A stretch of DNA of 64,000 nt from Myxococcota bacterium. GTDB lineage: Bacteria; Myxococcota_A; SURF-8. The stretch's first letter is position 1, and each line of letters opens with the position of its first letter. The notes beneath the pieces were generated by a model, which saw only the letters and a program-made list of their open reading frames with translations, ran no database searches and had not been told where the DNA came from. A program made the translations under genes and the position numbers. Shown piece by piece: positions 48,300 through 58,655 of this stretch. The DNA is taken from the NCBI GenBank assembly GCA_963674735.2, contig CAXXQS010000002.1, positions 1,536,001 through 1,600,000 on the forward strand. Reading direction: 5' to 3'.

Positions 48300-51200
48300 A
48301 TGAAACCAATGCATGAGACATTCGGACGGCTGGGATGGGGGCTGTGGCTGCTGGCGGGATTGCTGGCTGCTTGGCCGGTGATGGCCCAGGACGCCCCGCC
48401 GGTTGCGGCGGAAGGTCCGGAGAAACTGGCCATCGAGCCGGGCGAAGCCCCGTTGACCGCCGAAGAAGTCAAGGAGGCGGTGCGCCGTTTCACCAGTCGC
48501 GTCGGCGAGTTTCAGCAGGACATCGGCGATATGGTGGACGATCAGTACGCCACCCGCGAGAAACAGATCGATTCGGCCTACGAAGAGGAACTCCAGGCGC
48601 TGGAAGGGAAGGAACTGGAAGCTATTCTGGCCGCGATCGAACGGCTGGAGCGCTTTCTCGCCTTGTATCCCGACGAACGCGAGTATTCGCCCGATGCCAT
48701 GTTCCGCCTGGCCGAATTGTACTTCCAGAAAGCCCGGCGCGAGTTCGATACCGTGCGCGAGGATGAGCTGGCCGAGTACGAACGCCGTCTGACCTTGTTC
48801 GACGAGGGGTTGCTCGACGACGAGCCCACCCCGCCCCATCCCGATTTCACCCGTTCGATTGCGCTGTATGAAGAGGTGGCCAACCGCTTCCCCGACTACC
48901 GCTACATCGATGCGGTCTATTACCTCATGGCGTACGCCTTCCAGGAACAGGGCAATTCGCCCATGGTGCGGCGCGCCTTCGAGGACATGATCGCCATCCG
49001 GCCCGACAGCGTTTACGTGGCGGAAGGGTATCTGCGTATCGGCGACGCCTATTTCAACGAATTGAATTACGAGCAGGCTCTCACGGCGCTGCAAAAAGCC
49101 TCGCAGTTCAAAGACTCGATCTTCTACGACCAGATTCTCTACAAATTGGCGTCCACCAATTTCATTCTGAATCGCTTCGACGAGGCGGTGCGCGCCTTTG
49201 CCGATCTGAACGACTATTCGGAAAAGGTGCTCAAGGAAAAAGGGCGGCATTCCTATTTCCGCGACGAATCGGTCAAGTACATCGCCTATTCCTACGCTCA
49301 GGGCGAAACTTACTGGGATAAGGCCGGAACTCAAAACGCCATCGCCTTTTTCGACCAGCTCGGCGATCGCCCCTGGGAAGCCGATGTCTTCCGCGATCTG
49401 GGCGATTATTTCGTGCAGCAGAGCAAATGGCTGGAGGCCGTCGCGTCCTACAAACGCGTGATCGCCAAGGATCCCTATAATGAGGCCAATCCCGAACTGC
49501 AAAACAAGATCATCCAGATCTACGCCTTCGGCCTGCGCGACGACGACAAGCAGAACGACGAACGGGAGCGTCTGATCGTCGATTACGGCGAAGGCAGCGA
49601 TTGGGCCATCCAGAACGCCGACAACCCCGACGCCGTGCGTGCGGCCGCCGAATTGTCGCTCAATTCGCTCAAGCAATGGGCCACAGCGCAGCACATTCAG
49701 GCGCAACGCTACCGGCAGATGGGCCGTGAAGCCGATGCCGCTACCTATTATGGTCGCTCGGCCAAGGCCTACCGCACCTTCCTTACGAAGTTCCCGCACG
49801 ATAAAGAGGCCTACGAACTCAATTTCCGGTTGGCCGAGGCGCTGTTCTTCTCGGGGAACTACCCGGATGCCGTGACGGAATACCTCAAGGTGCGCGACAG
49901 CAAGCTCAAGACCACCTACTTCCAGGACGCCGCCTACGCCGTGGTGCTGTGCTACGACAACCTGATTCGTCAAGAGGGCGAAGCCCTGACCGTCAGCGAG
50001 CAGGAAGCCCAGGCCCAACAGCGCGAGCGCCTGAAAGGGGAAACGGAAAAGACGCCCATCCCCGAGCTCAAGCAGAAGTATATCGAGGCGGGAGACTTTT
50101 ACGTCAATAACACCACCACGCCGCTCGACCAGGAGAAAATCGCCTGGAACTCGGCCGAGATCCTGTTCGAAAACAACCACCTCGAAGAGGCGCGCGACCG
50201 CTACATCGACATCGTCAACCGCTTCCCCAAAAGCGACATCAGCCCCAAGGCCGCCCGGCGCATCATCGATACCTACACGCTGGCGCAGGATTGGGTAAAG
50301 GTGACCGAGTGGTCGGAGAAGTTGGCGTCGCTGGAGATCGGTGGGACGGCGGAACGCGAACAGATGCGCGCCCAGTTGCGCGAGATTCGCGGAAACGCCA
50401 TGGCGCAGTTCGCTTCCGAACTGGAGGAACGCCAGGAATACGAGAAGGCGGCCGAGCAGTACCTCAAGGCCGTGGAACAGGATCAGACCTCGAAAGACGC
50501 CCCGGCCATGCTGTACAATGCTGCCGTCAATTACTCGCGTGCCAAGCGCCCGGCCAAGGCCATGTCGCTCTTCCAGCGTATGGTGGACGCTTACCCGCAG
50601 GCCGAGTTCGCCGCCGAGTCGCTCTACTTCGTGGCTGAAAACGCCTTCGATTCCTTCAATCTCGACCGAGCCTCCAAGGCTTATGCGCAGTTGTACACCA
50701 GTTATCCCGATATCGAGCCTCATCGCCGTTGTCTCTCGATCTACAATCACGCCCAACTCAAGGAATTCGATCACGAATACCGTGAAGCGGCGCGGATTTA
50801 CGAGAAATATTCCGTGGAGTGCGAAGCCATCGAGCAGGATGCCCCCATCATTCTGTTCCGCTCGGGCGAGTTGTTCGAGAAGCTGAAAGACTGGCGCAAC
50901 ATGACGCGCGTCTATCAGGACTTCATCGACCGTTTCGGCAATCAAACCGAGAACCATCGCTTCGCCGTACAGGCCTATTTCAAGATCGGTGAGGCCTACA
51001 GCGGCCAGAACCGCACGCGGGATGCCGTCCGGTATTACGAGCGCGCCATCGAATTTTTCCGTTCCCATCCCGGGCTCGAATCGGATTTCCTGGCCAACCA
51101 GATTGCGGGTCAATGCCAGTTTTTGCTGGTGGATCTGGAGTTCGACAAGTACAAGGCGGTTCGCATCGGCGGGCGCAGTCCCAAACAGATCGCCGATTCG

Positions 51201-51701
51201 TTCAACACCAAAGAATCGCGCATGTACGAAATCATCGAGCGCTACAAGCAGGTCAAAGACTTCAAGAGCCCCGAGTACTTCCTGGCGGCGAGTTACCGTA
51301 GCGCCCAGTCGGTCGTCATTTTCGCTGACGCGTTGTTCGATGCGCCGGTGCCGCGCGAGCTGAAGAAACTGGGTGAAGAATACGTGTTGGAATACCAGCA
51401 GCAGTTGTCCGACAGGGCCCGGCCCTTCTACGAGTTGGCCGCGAAAACCTACCTCGATGCCTTCGAGGAGGCCAAAACGGCCAAATTGTTCGGTTCGCCC
51501 TGGATGAAGCGGCTGATCGAAGCGCTCAATCATCCGAACCTGCAGACCTTGGTGGGCAGCGACGTGAAAATGCGCAAGCCCGAAAAGGTCCGCTTCAAGA
51601 AGCAGGTGCAGTCGCCCATGCCGCTGGACACGGGCAAGCCGCATGTACGCGTTAAACCGAAAGAAACGGAGCCGGCCGAGGCCACGGAGCAGGCGGGCTA
51701 A
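48300..51701 (+). CDS. Large periplasmic TPR protein (GltD/AgmU-like)
   Basis: 1133 aa, signal peptide, PDAMFRLAELY and repeated TPRs; position in the cluster. Confidence 0.82.
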   Translation: MKPMHETFGRLGWGLWLLAGLLAAWPVMAQDAPPVAAEGPEKLAIEPGEAPLTAEEVKEAVRRFTSRVGEFQQDIGDMVDDQYATREKQIDSAYEEELQALEGKELEAILAAIERLERFLALYPDEREYSPDAMFRLAELYFQKARREFDTVREDELAEYERRLTLFDEGLLDDEPTPPHPDFTRSIALYEEVANRFPDYRYIDAVYYLMAYAFQEQGNSPMVRRAFEDMIAIRPDSVYVAEGYLRIGDAYFNELNYEQALTALQKASQFKDSIFYDQILYKLASTNFILNRFDEAVRAFADLNDYSEKVLKEKGRHSYFRDESVKYIAYSYAQGETYWDKAGTQNAIAFFDQLGDRPWEADVFRDLGDYFVQQSKWLEAVASYKRVIAKDPYNEANPELQNKIIQIYAFGLRDDDKQNDERERLIVDYGEGSDWAIQNADNPDAVRAAAELSLNSLKQWATAQHIQAQRYRQMGREADAATYYGRSAKAYRTFLTKFPHDKEAYELNFRLAEALFFSGNYPDAVTEYLKVRDSKLKTTYFQDAAYAVVLCYDNLIRQEGEALTVSEQEAQAQQRERLKGETEKTPIPELKQKYIEAGDFYVNNTTTPLDQEKIAWNSAEILFENNHLEEARDRYIDIVNRFPKSDISPKAARRIIDTYTLAQDWVKVTEWSEKLASLEIGGTAEREQMRAQLREIRGNAMAQFASELEERQEYEKAAEQYLKAVEQDQTSKDAPAMLYNAAVNYSRAKRPAKAMSLFQRMVDAYPQAEFAAESLYFVAENAFDSFNLDRASKAYAQLYTSYPDIEPHRRCLSIYNHAQLKEFDHEYREAARIYEKYSVECEAIEQDAPIILFRSGELFEKLKDWRNMTRVYQDFIDRFGNQTENHRFAVQAYFKIGEAYSGQNRTRDAVRYYERAIEFFRSHPGLESDFLANQIAGQCQFLLVDLEFDKYKAVRIGGRSPKQIADSFNTKESRMYEIIERYKQVKDFKSPEYFLAASYRSAQSVVIFADALFDAPVPRELKKLGEEYVLEYQQQLSDRARPFYELAAKTYLDAFEEAKTAKLFGSPWMKRLIEALNHPNLQTLVGSDVKMRKPEKVRFKKQVQSPMPLDTGKPHVRVKPKETEPAEATEQAG

Positions 51702-51724
51702 ATAGAGGAGGCGGGGAGCGAATC

Positions 51725-53335
51725 GTGCCACCCGAGACAAGGCGACAAACAAAACGGGGTTCTATCGCGCTGGTATGGCTGCTGGTGCTGGCCATGGGAG
51801 CGCTGTCCTGCGCCGGTGACCGGCAGGCCGTCAAACCCGATCCGCAGCCGGTGAGCGAAATCGCCCCGGTGGTTCCCGAGGAAGACGTCGAGCCGGAACC
51901 GGAAGCCGTCGAGCCCGACGCGGCGGCGGCGGATGACGCGGCAAGCGGCGACGCGACCCCGGCGGAGAAACCGTATCCTTATGAAGCGAGTGCGCGCTGT
52001 CAAGCCGACTTGGAGCGCGGTGTCGAACTGGCGGACGAGAATCCCTCGCTGGCGGCGTCGTCGCTGCGTGAGGCTTTGCGCAAAGATCCGGCCTGCTACC
52101 AGGCCGAAAATAACCTGGGGCTGCTGGCCCTGCGCCAAGGCGACGTGTCGGCGGCCATGAGTCGCTTCGAAAGCGCCTTGAAACGGAAACCCGACTATCC
52201 GCAGGCGATCTACAACCGCGCCGTGGTCTTCATCAAGCAAGGCCGCCTCGATCGGGCGTTGGGATTCGTCAAGGCCAAGTTGAAGGAATATCCGGATAAT
52301 CCGGCCATCCGCTCTATCATGGCCCGTGTGCTGGTGCAGGGTGGCGAATATTCGCGGGCCATCGAGCAGGCCAAGCAGGTGCTCCAAAAGGATGAGCAGA
52401 ACACCTCGGCGATGCTGTCGCTGGGTTGGGCTTTCTATTACCAGGGCAAGCATGAACTGGCCGACATGGTATTTCGCAATATCCTGGCCATCGATCAGAG
52501 TATTGCCGAAGCCCATTACGGGCGCGCCATCATCGCCCAGAAGGAGAACCGCCCGGCCGAAGCGCAGCAGGCGTTTATCGATGCCATCCGTTTCCGCCCG
52601 GCTTTCCCCGAAGCGCTCAACAACCTCGGCATCTATTATCTCGACACCAAAGAATTCGATAAGGCATTGGAATTCTTCGAGAAAGCGATTAGTTACAGCC
52701 CCGATTTCGCCGAAGCCTACTTGAGCATGGGCGCGGCCTATGCGGGTTTGGGAAAAGAAAAGGAAGCCCTGGAGGCTTACGACAAAAGCGAAAAGCTGGA
52801 TCCCGGCTTGAAAGAGGTGAACTTCAACCGCGGGTTGGTTTATCTGCAAATCACGCCGCCGATGCCGGAAAATGCCTCTCCCGACCAGGAAATCGCCTGG
52901 CAGCAGGCGCATATCGAGCGTTTGGGAGTGGCCAAAGGCTATCTGGGCAAGTATCAGCAGTCAATGGGATCGCTGCCGGAGGACGATCCGACCGTCGGAT
53001 ACATTCAGGAAATCGAAACCTCGGTCAAGTCGGCCGAACGCACCATCAAGCGCATCAAGCGCCGCCAGGAACGCGCGGCCAAGCGGCGTGCACGGGATGC
53101 CGAGCGAAAAGCCGAGGAAGCGGCCGCGGCGGCAGCGGAAGCGGAAGCGGCGGCACCCCCGGCTGAACCCGAGGCGACCCCGGCCGTTGAACCGGAAACG
53201 GCGCCCGCGTCCGAAGCGGAAGCGACCCCCGAACCCGAGGCGGTTCCGGCGCCTGAACCGGAAGCGATCCCGGAGCCGGAAGCCGCTCCCAGTGAGCCTG
53301 AGGAGACCTTTGAATTACCCCCGTCCGTGGAATGA
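51725..53335 (+). CDS. TPR lipoprotein (GltE/AglT-like) with Pro/Glu/Ala-rich tail
   Basis: Lipobox ALSC, canonical TPRs (AENNLG, ALNNLG), EPEA repeats at the C-terminus. Confidence 0.82.
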   Translation: MPPETRRQTKRGSIALVWLLVLAMGALSCAGDRQAVKPDPQPVSEIAPVVPEEDVEPEPEAVEPDAAAADDAASGDATPAEKPYPYEASARCQADLERGVELADENPSLAASSLREALRKDPACYQAENNLGLLALRQGDVSAAMSRFESALKRKPDYPQAIYNRAVVFIKQGRLDRALGFVKAKLKEYPDNPAIRSIMARVLVQGGEYSRAIEQAKQVLQKDEQNTSAMLSLGWAFYYQGKHELADMVFRNILAIDQSIAEAHYGRAIIAQKENRPAEAQQAFIDAIRFRPAFPEALNNLGIYYLDTKEFDKALEFFEKAISYSPDFAEAYLSMGAAYAGLGKEKEALEAYDKSEKLDPGLKEVNFNRGLVYLQITPPMPENASPDQEIAWQQAHIERLGVAKGYLGKYQQSMGSLPEDDPTVGYIQEIETSVKSAERTIKRIKRRQERAAKRRARDAERKAEEAAAAAAEAEAAAPPAEPEATPAVEPETAPASEAEATPEPEAVPAPEPEAIPEPEAAPSEPEETFELPPSVE

Positions 53336-53410
53336 TAACAAACCAGGAAAGGGATAAAATCGTTGGAAATGAAAAGGCCTAGGTTATTAATATCGCAGGA
53401 AAAAAATAAC

Positions 53411-53439
53411 TTGAAATCGTTCATGGATTAATATATGAT
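53411..53439 (+). promoter_or_regulatory. Internal sigma70-like promoter
   Basis: TTGAAA-N17-TATGAT with an A-tract upstream. Confidence 0.5.
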
Positions 53440-53456
53440 CCAGGCCTTGATTTTCG

Positions 53457-53726
53457 ATGACACTAAAGATGAATAGAATCATTAAGAAAATTTACTGGTT
53501 AACTCTGGTTTTAGTCCTTTTAGGTGGGTTTTTAACTCCCGAGGACGCCGATGCGCGAAGGCAACGTCGCATCGTTTTCGAAGAAGGTACGGAGGTTCGC
53601 GGCAAGATCATTCGCCCGGAAATGTCGTTGATCCTCCAGCGCTCCAAGATCAATTACGATGCGTTGAAGTTGAAAGAAAGCTTTCTTCCGCGCATTATCC
53701 GATCAGTCAAACAGGAGCCCTTTTAG
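53457..53726 (+). CDS. Small secreted GltF/CglF-like protein
   Basis: Signal peptide, then VRGKIIRPE...RSKINY...KESFLPRI...EPF; position after the TPR lipoprotein. Confidence 0.7.
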   Translation: MTLKMNRIIKKIYWLTLVLVLLGGFLTPEDADARRQRRIVFEEGTEVRGKIIRPEMSLILQRSKINYDALKLKESFLPRIIRSVKQEPF

Positions 53727-53863
53727 GCGGTCAGCCAGCCGACATGTTGGAGAGGTGGGCCTCGCGGTGGAAAACACTACCCTAGGCTTGCGTAGGCATA
53801 TTTCGTGATATTGTTGATTTTACACAGTGTAGACGTCAACGTTTAAGGAGGAGGTTGTATAAG

Positions 53864-54508
53864 ATGGGCGCTATCCAGAAATTCATGGAAGAGGGCGGGC
53901 CGTTTATGTACATCATTGCCGCCGTGTCGGTCATTGCCCTGGCCATCATGGTGGAACGGTTTGTGTTCCTGTTCTTCCGCTTCAACATCAATGCCAATGC
54001 CTTCATGAGCCAGGTTCAGAAGCTGGTTATGGCCAACAACATCGACCGGGCCATCAAGCTTTGCAACGCGGCGGCCACCGCGGCGCTGCCGAAGGTCATC
54101 AAGGCCGGTCTGACCCGTGCCAACAAAGGTGAGATCGAGATTCACAACGCCATCGAAGAGGCGTCTCTCGAAGTGCTGCCGATGATCCAGAAGCGCACCA
54201 ATTCCCTGGTCAACCTGGCGCAGATCGCCACGTACCTGGGACTGCTGGGAACCATCTTCGGTATGATCCAGGCCTTCGAGGCGGTGGCTTCGGCTGCTCC
54301 GGAACAAAAAGCGACGGCTCTGGCCAGCGCCATTTCGATCGCCATGAACACCACGGCGCTCGGTCTGATGGTTGCGGTTCCCTGCATGGCCGTGCATCTG
54401 TTCCTGTCCAACGTGACCCAGAAGATCATCCAGGAGATCGATCAGTATTCCGTGAAACTGGAAAATCTGCTGGTGTCCCGCGGCAAAGGTTCGGCCCTGG
54501 AGGGCTAA
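53864..54508 (+). CDS. MotA/TolQ/ExbB proton-channel subunit (AglR-like)
   Basis: GGPFMY, ATYLGLLGTIFGMI, ISIAMNTTALGL; AGGAGG RBS. Confidence 0.93.
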   Translation: MGAIQKFMEEGGPFMYIIAAVSVIALAIMVERFVFLFFRFNINANAFMSQVQKLVMANNIDRAIKLCNAAATAALPKVIKAGLTRANKGEIEIHNAIEEASLEVLPMIQKRTNSLVNLAQIATYLGLLGTIFGMIQAFEAVASAAPEQKATALASAISIAMNTTALGLMVAVPCMAVHLFLSNVTQKIIQEIDQYSVKLENLLVSRGKGSALEG

Positions 54509-54542
54509 TCCCCCGACTGGCGTAACTATTAAGGGGTGACCC

Positions 54543-55244
54543 ATGGCGAGAACTGACAAGTACAAAAAGGTCGTTGATCAGGGTGAGGTCGATCTGGTTC
54601 CTTTCATGAACCTGCTGGCCATTCTGATTCCGGCTTTGATGATCTCTACCGAGTACATCAAAATCGCCACCATCGCCGTTGCTTCGCCACGGATCGGGCC
54701 GAAGGCCGAAGCGGTCCAGAAGCCTGACGAGAATCCGCCGTTGAACCTGAGCATCATGCTTAGCTCCAACGGAATGTACATCGCGTCCGCCAACAACGTG
54801 TTGCCTGGAGCGGAACAGGGTGCCACGGCCCAGCCCGGCCCCACGATTCCCAAGGTGAACGTAACCGTTTACCGGGCTCGCGATGTCAGCGGGAAGGTGA
54901 AGGAACTGGCCAGAGTGTGGAATTACAAAGGAAAAAAATTCAACCTGGGAGTACGAGAAATCGTCCAGGAGGATTTTTCCCATCGGCTTGAACTTCTCAA
55001 AGAGCAATACGGCTCGGTGCAGATGTCGGAGGAGTTGGACTTCAACTACCCGGCTCTAAACGAGAAGTTGCAAGTCATCAAGAAGGCGTTTAAGGACGAA
55101 AAACAGGTGATCATTTCGGCGGATCCGCAGATCCCGTTCAAAACGGTCATTCGTATTATGGATGCCTCTCGCTCGTTTACCAACGATGCCGGCGAAAAAG
55201 AGTTCCTCTTTCCGCAGGTGGTGTTGAGTGCGGGTGTTGTCTAA
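54543..55244 (+). CDS. ExbD/TolR family subunit (Asn at the canonical Asp position)
   Basis: TM DLVPFMNLLAILIP; IISAD...FKTVIRIMDASR; LFPQVVLS. Confidence 0.85.
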   Translation: MARTDKYKKVVDQGEVDLVPFMNLLAILIPALMISTEYIKIATIAVASPRIGPKAEAVQKPDENPPLNLSIMLSSNGMYIASANNVLPGAEQGATAQPGPTIPKVNVTVYRARDVSGKVKELARVWNYKGKKFNLGVREIVQEDFSHRLELLKEQYGSVQMSEELDFNYPALNEKLQVIKKAFKDEKQVIISADPQIPFKTVIRIMDASRSFTNDAGEKEFLFPQVVLSAGVV

Positions 55245-55317
55245 ACCTTCGTCTGCAGCCTTTTTTGGGACGGGTGTGAAAGCACCGGTTTCCGGGTAAC
55301 ATGAAGGAGTTGATCGC

Positions 55318-55917
55318 ATGAGCGACGCCAACAGCAAAAAAGCTTCGGTGAAGCAGATGACCCCGGAGGAGCTTGAGGCTCTCGAAGACGCGCACAAGGT
55401 GCAGAAGAAGCGTAAGGCCTCGGCCAAGCGCCATCGGAGCTCCGGTGCGCAATCGATGAGTATCACCTCCTTGATGGACATTATGACCATCCTCCTGGTG
55501 TTCATGCTCAAGAATTACGCTACCAATCCGATGAACGTCAATCCGTCGTCGGACCTGAATCTCGTGCAGTCGCTCGAAACCCAGGAAAATCACGTGCAGC
55601 TCACATCGCTGGCGATCACGGAGAAGCACATCCTGGTGGACGACAAACCGGTGGTCCAGGTTAAGGACGGTAAGGTATCGGCTACCGCCAAACGCGAGGG
55701 TGAAGATGGTTATTTCATCACGCCCTTGTTCGATGCCTTGCAGGAAGCGGCCGACCATCAGAAAAAGCTGTCTCAGTACAACGCGAATGTGAAGTTCACG
55801 GGCCGTATGCTGATCATCGGCGACGAAAAAGCGCCCTATCGTCTTCTCTCGGAAGTCTTGTACACTTCGGGACAAGCTGAGTTCAGCGAATTCGAGTTCG
55901 CCGTTATCAGGATGTAA
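55318..55917 (+). CDS. ExbD/TolR family subunit (canonical Asp)
   Basis: TM ITSLMDIMTILLVFMLK; IIGDEKAPYRLL.EVLYT. Confidence 0.9.
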   Translation: MSDANSKKASVKQMTPEELEALEDAHKVQKKRKASAKRHRSSGAQSMSITSLMDIMTILLVFMLKNYATNPMNVNPSSDLNLVQSLETQENHVQLTSLAITEKHILVDDKPVVQVKDGKVSATAKREGEDGYFITPLFDALQEAADHQKKLSQYNANVKFTGRMLIIGDEKAPYRLLSEVLYTSGQAEFSEFEFAVIRM

Positions 55918-55936
55918 CGAAAACCATAATCGGTGG

Positions 55937-55974
55937 GCGGGTGTCTGTTTCCTGTAAAGGGGACAGATGCCCGC
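55937..55974 (+). terminator. Strong GNRA-capped hairpin (terminator or mRNA stabiliser)
   Basis: GCGGGTGTCTGTTTCCT-GTAA-AGGGGACAGATGCCCGC; no T-tract. Confidence 0.5.
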
Positions 55975-56140
55975 GGCCGGATATCTAGCGATGGGATAGT
56001 TTTAAACGCGGTTTTGGCTTGGTTCGAATTGCGAAAATTTGCCAAAGGCGCGCCTGTTGCTGACAGTCGTTTCGTTCATTAGGTCATGGAGAGTTGATAA
56101 GCTTCGTAATGAAGTTGAACCTATGGAAAGGAACGTTTGA

Positions 56141-57517
56141 ATGACCACGAAACAATCCGGAAAAATCCTACGGATTGGTGTTATCCAGGGTGGTCGGATC
56201 ATCGAGGAGCGTTTTTTTCGTAAACGGGAAACCATAACCGTCGGCGAATCTCCGCGATGCACGTTTATTCTTCCGTTTTCAGAATTACCCATTCCTAAGT
56301 TATATCCACTATTTGTTGTAAAAAACAACCGATACGAGCTCCAATATAACAAGGCCATATCCGGTAAGATTTCGGTGGGCAGCGATGTCGCCGATCTGGG
56401 CCAGCTCGCCTCCTCGGGTAAAGCGAAAAGCAAGGGCAATGCGTTCCTGGTTTCGCTTGATGATACCATGCGTGGCAAGGTGACCATAGGTGAGGTGACC
56501 ATTCTGTTCCAGTTCGTTCAGGCTCCGCCGCTACCGGCCAAGCCCAAGTTGCCCTCTTCCATTCGCGGTGGGTGGGTCAAGTCGATCGACTGGGTGTATG
56601 TTGGTGTTTTATTTACATCTTTTATCATGCATGCCGGTCTTTTCGGTTATGCTTCGACCTATCCCATCCCCAAAACAGTCGCGCTCGATATGGTGGCGGA
56701 ACGATTTGCGAAAATCATCGCGACCGATATGCCGAAGATGGAAAAAGAAGAGGTGACACTCGAGGGCGAAGGGGAAGGCGCGAAGAAAGAAGAAGACGCC
56801 AAGCCCAAGGGCGACAAGAAAAAAGAAGATGCCGGCAAAGCCAAGAAAGAGATGAGCGCCCAGGAGCGCGCTGAAGCGGCGGCACGGCGCAAGGCCGAAA
56901 TCGCCAAGAAAGTCGCCGGTGCCGGTTTGGTCGCCTTGCTGACCGCCAAAGGTCCCGCAGGGGAAGGTGGTATGGTGGCGCTGGCCGATACCCTGTCGGA
57001 GGGCGGTCGTTTCGGCAACATCGACGATATGATGCAGGGTGTGACTGGTCTGGGCATCGCGGAAAAAGCCACCGAGCGTGGACGACGCGGCGGTGGCGGC
57101 GGCGGTCCGGAAAGCAAAGAAATCAGCAATGTCGGTGTCGGCGAAGGCGGAAAGGCCGATCTGGCCGGGCGAGCGGAAAAAACCATCAAAGCTTCGGCCA
57201 GCCTCGGTTCGCTGGATGTCGATGGCGCGCTGGACAGCTCGGCTATCAAACGTGTGGTGAAGCGCAACCTGCCCTCCATCAAGCATTGCTACGAACAGGA
57301 ATTACGCCGCAATCCCAAGCTGGCCGGTAAAGTGACGGTCGAATTCACGGTGGCGGTTACCGGTGCGATTTCGGGCACCGAAGTGGTCTCCAGTTCGCTT
57401 AACAATCGCGCGGTCGAGGGCTGTATCGTCAAGACCATTCGCCGGTGGCGTTTCCCGAAACCTGAGGACGGCGACGTGATTATCACGTATCCCTTCATTT
57501 TCCAGGCCAGTCGCTGA
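56141..57517 (+). CDS. GltG/AgmX/PglI-like TonB-family energy transducer
   Basis: N-terminal FHA-like region, single TM with S..MH, charged/Gly-rich linker, TonB-C-like IKHCYEQEL...WRFPKP...YPFIF. Confidence 0.88.
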   Translation: MTTKQSGKILRIGVIQGGRIIEERFFRKRETITVGESPRCTFILPFSELPIPKLYPLFVVKNNRYELQYNKAISGKISVGSDVADLGQLASSGKAKSKGNAFLVSLDDTMRGKVTIGEVTILFQFVQAPPLPAKPKLPSSIRGGWVKSIDWVYVGVLFTSFIMHAGLFGYASTYPIPKTVALDMVAERFAKIIATDMPKMEKEEVTLEGEGEGAKKEEDAKPKGDKKKEDAGKAKKEMSAQERAEAAARRKAEIAKKVAGAGLVALLTAKGPAGEGGMVALADTLSEGGRFGNIDDMMQGVTGLGIAEKATERGRRGGGGGGPESKEISNVGVGEGGKADLAGRAEKTIKASASLGSLDVDGALDSSAIKRVVKRNLPSIKHCYEQELRRNPKLAGKVTVEFTVAVTGAISGTEVVSSSLNNRAVEGCIVKTIRRWRFPKPEDGDVIITYPFIFQASR

Positions 57518-57560
57518 CGGCTCGCAGATATACCCGATTTTCGGGTCTATGAAAAAAATC

Positions 57561-57600
57561 AAACGGAGTACCGAACTTTTAGCGGTGACTCCGTTTTTTA
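57561..57600 (+). terminator. Intrinsic terminator after the gltG-like gene
   Basis: AAACGGAGT-ACCG...CGGT-G-ACTCCGTTT followed by a T run. Confidence 0.65.
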
Positions 57601-57850
57601 TTGTAGAAAACACTAAAGATTTCGGCTCGTTTTGACGTTATGTATTTTAGATTGATCCAAACGTTCCGATAAGAACACCCATATATGGGTTGAGCAGGAA
57701 AGCGGCCCGGGTTGTGAGGAATCCGGATTTGCGCTCAATCGGAAAAAATGTGTGATTTTGGGTTGATAACTTTTTTAAGAGCGGCTACAATACGTATCTC
57801 GGTAATGAAAAGAGCGGGGTATGGCTTTGACCGCAGAAGGGGATTGCACC

Positions 57851-58465
57851 ATGAGAGCGTTTCAGCCTCGTATTGCCGTTGTGGCCATCGGAATCCTCAC
57901 GCTTTTATTGTTCTCGGCCGACCTGTTTGCTCAGTCGCGCGGAGCGTGTAAAGGCAAAGCAGACCAAACCATGGCCGATCTCGATAAATGGATCGGCGAG
58001 TACGAAGGCCAGATGTCCTCGGCTGAGCCGGTGCAGAAGGCGAAATACGAGGAATGGATCAACGAGCTTAAAAAACTGAAAACGCTGGTTGCTCAGGCCA
58101 AAGAAAAACTGGCCAACAAAGAGCAGTGCTCCAGCGAAGAGTGCGTGAAGGATCAGTGCAGTCTGGTTGATATCGCCGATCAGCAGGTCGCGCAGTTGAT
58201 CAAGGAAACGGAAGAACAACTGGGTTCCGGAACGCGCTTTGGTGAAGAAGGCGGGCGCGACGTGGTCAAAGATGCCGGTACCCTGGGCGATGATACGATG
58301 CTGGCCGGTACGGATCCTAACGACGCAGGGCAGCCGACGATCGGAGAAGAATCGGAGACTTCCGATAATCCGACGGATGGAGGCATCGGAAATGTGTTTC
58401 CCGATGCCGGAGTGGATTCCGGGCTTTCAACCGAGAATCCGAAAGATGAGGCGAGTGCCCAATAG
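57851..58465 (+). CDS. Secreted helical protein with four Cys and an acidic tail
   Basis: Signal peptide ending LFA-Q, amphipathic helices, D/E/G-rich C-terminus. Confidence 0.75.
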   Translation: MRAFQPRIAVVAIGILTLLLFSADLFAQSRGACKGKADQTMADLDKWIGEYEGQMSSAEPVQKAKYEEWINELKKLKTLVAQAKEKLANKEQCSSEECVKDQCSLVDIADQQVAQLIKETEEQLGSGTRFGEEGGRDVVKDAGTLGDDTMLAGTDPNDAGQPTIGEESETSDNPTDGGIGNVFPDAGVDSGLSTENPKDEASAQ

Positions 58466-58655
58466 CTGAAACGCTGGGGCTTTTCTCTGATTGATTGTTT
58501 ATCAGCGGATAACCGCTAACCGATAGTCGTCCCGTAGCTGTAAGGGCGGGGGTCGTTCTGGCAGACGTCAGAAGGCAAGCCGGTATTAATCGGTTTGCCG
58601 TTGTTTACGGCGTTGGTTTGGGTTTTCACTAATCCTTAGCGAGGGTTAGCTTCTT

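Noticed and set aside
47337-51752. 1471-aa minus-strand ORF (also 60881-63505, 45246-46664, 39084-40670, 41721-43109)
   Set aside because: These are antisense shadows of well-supported GC-rich genes, with no domain motifs.
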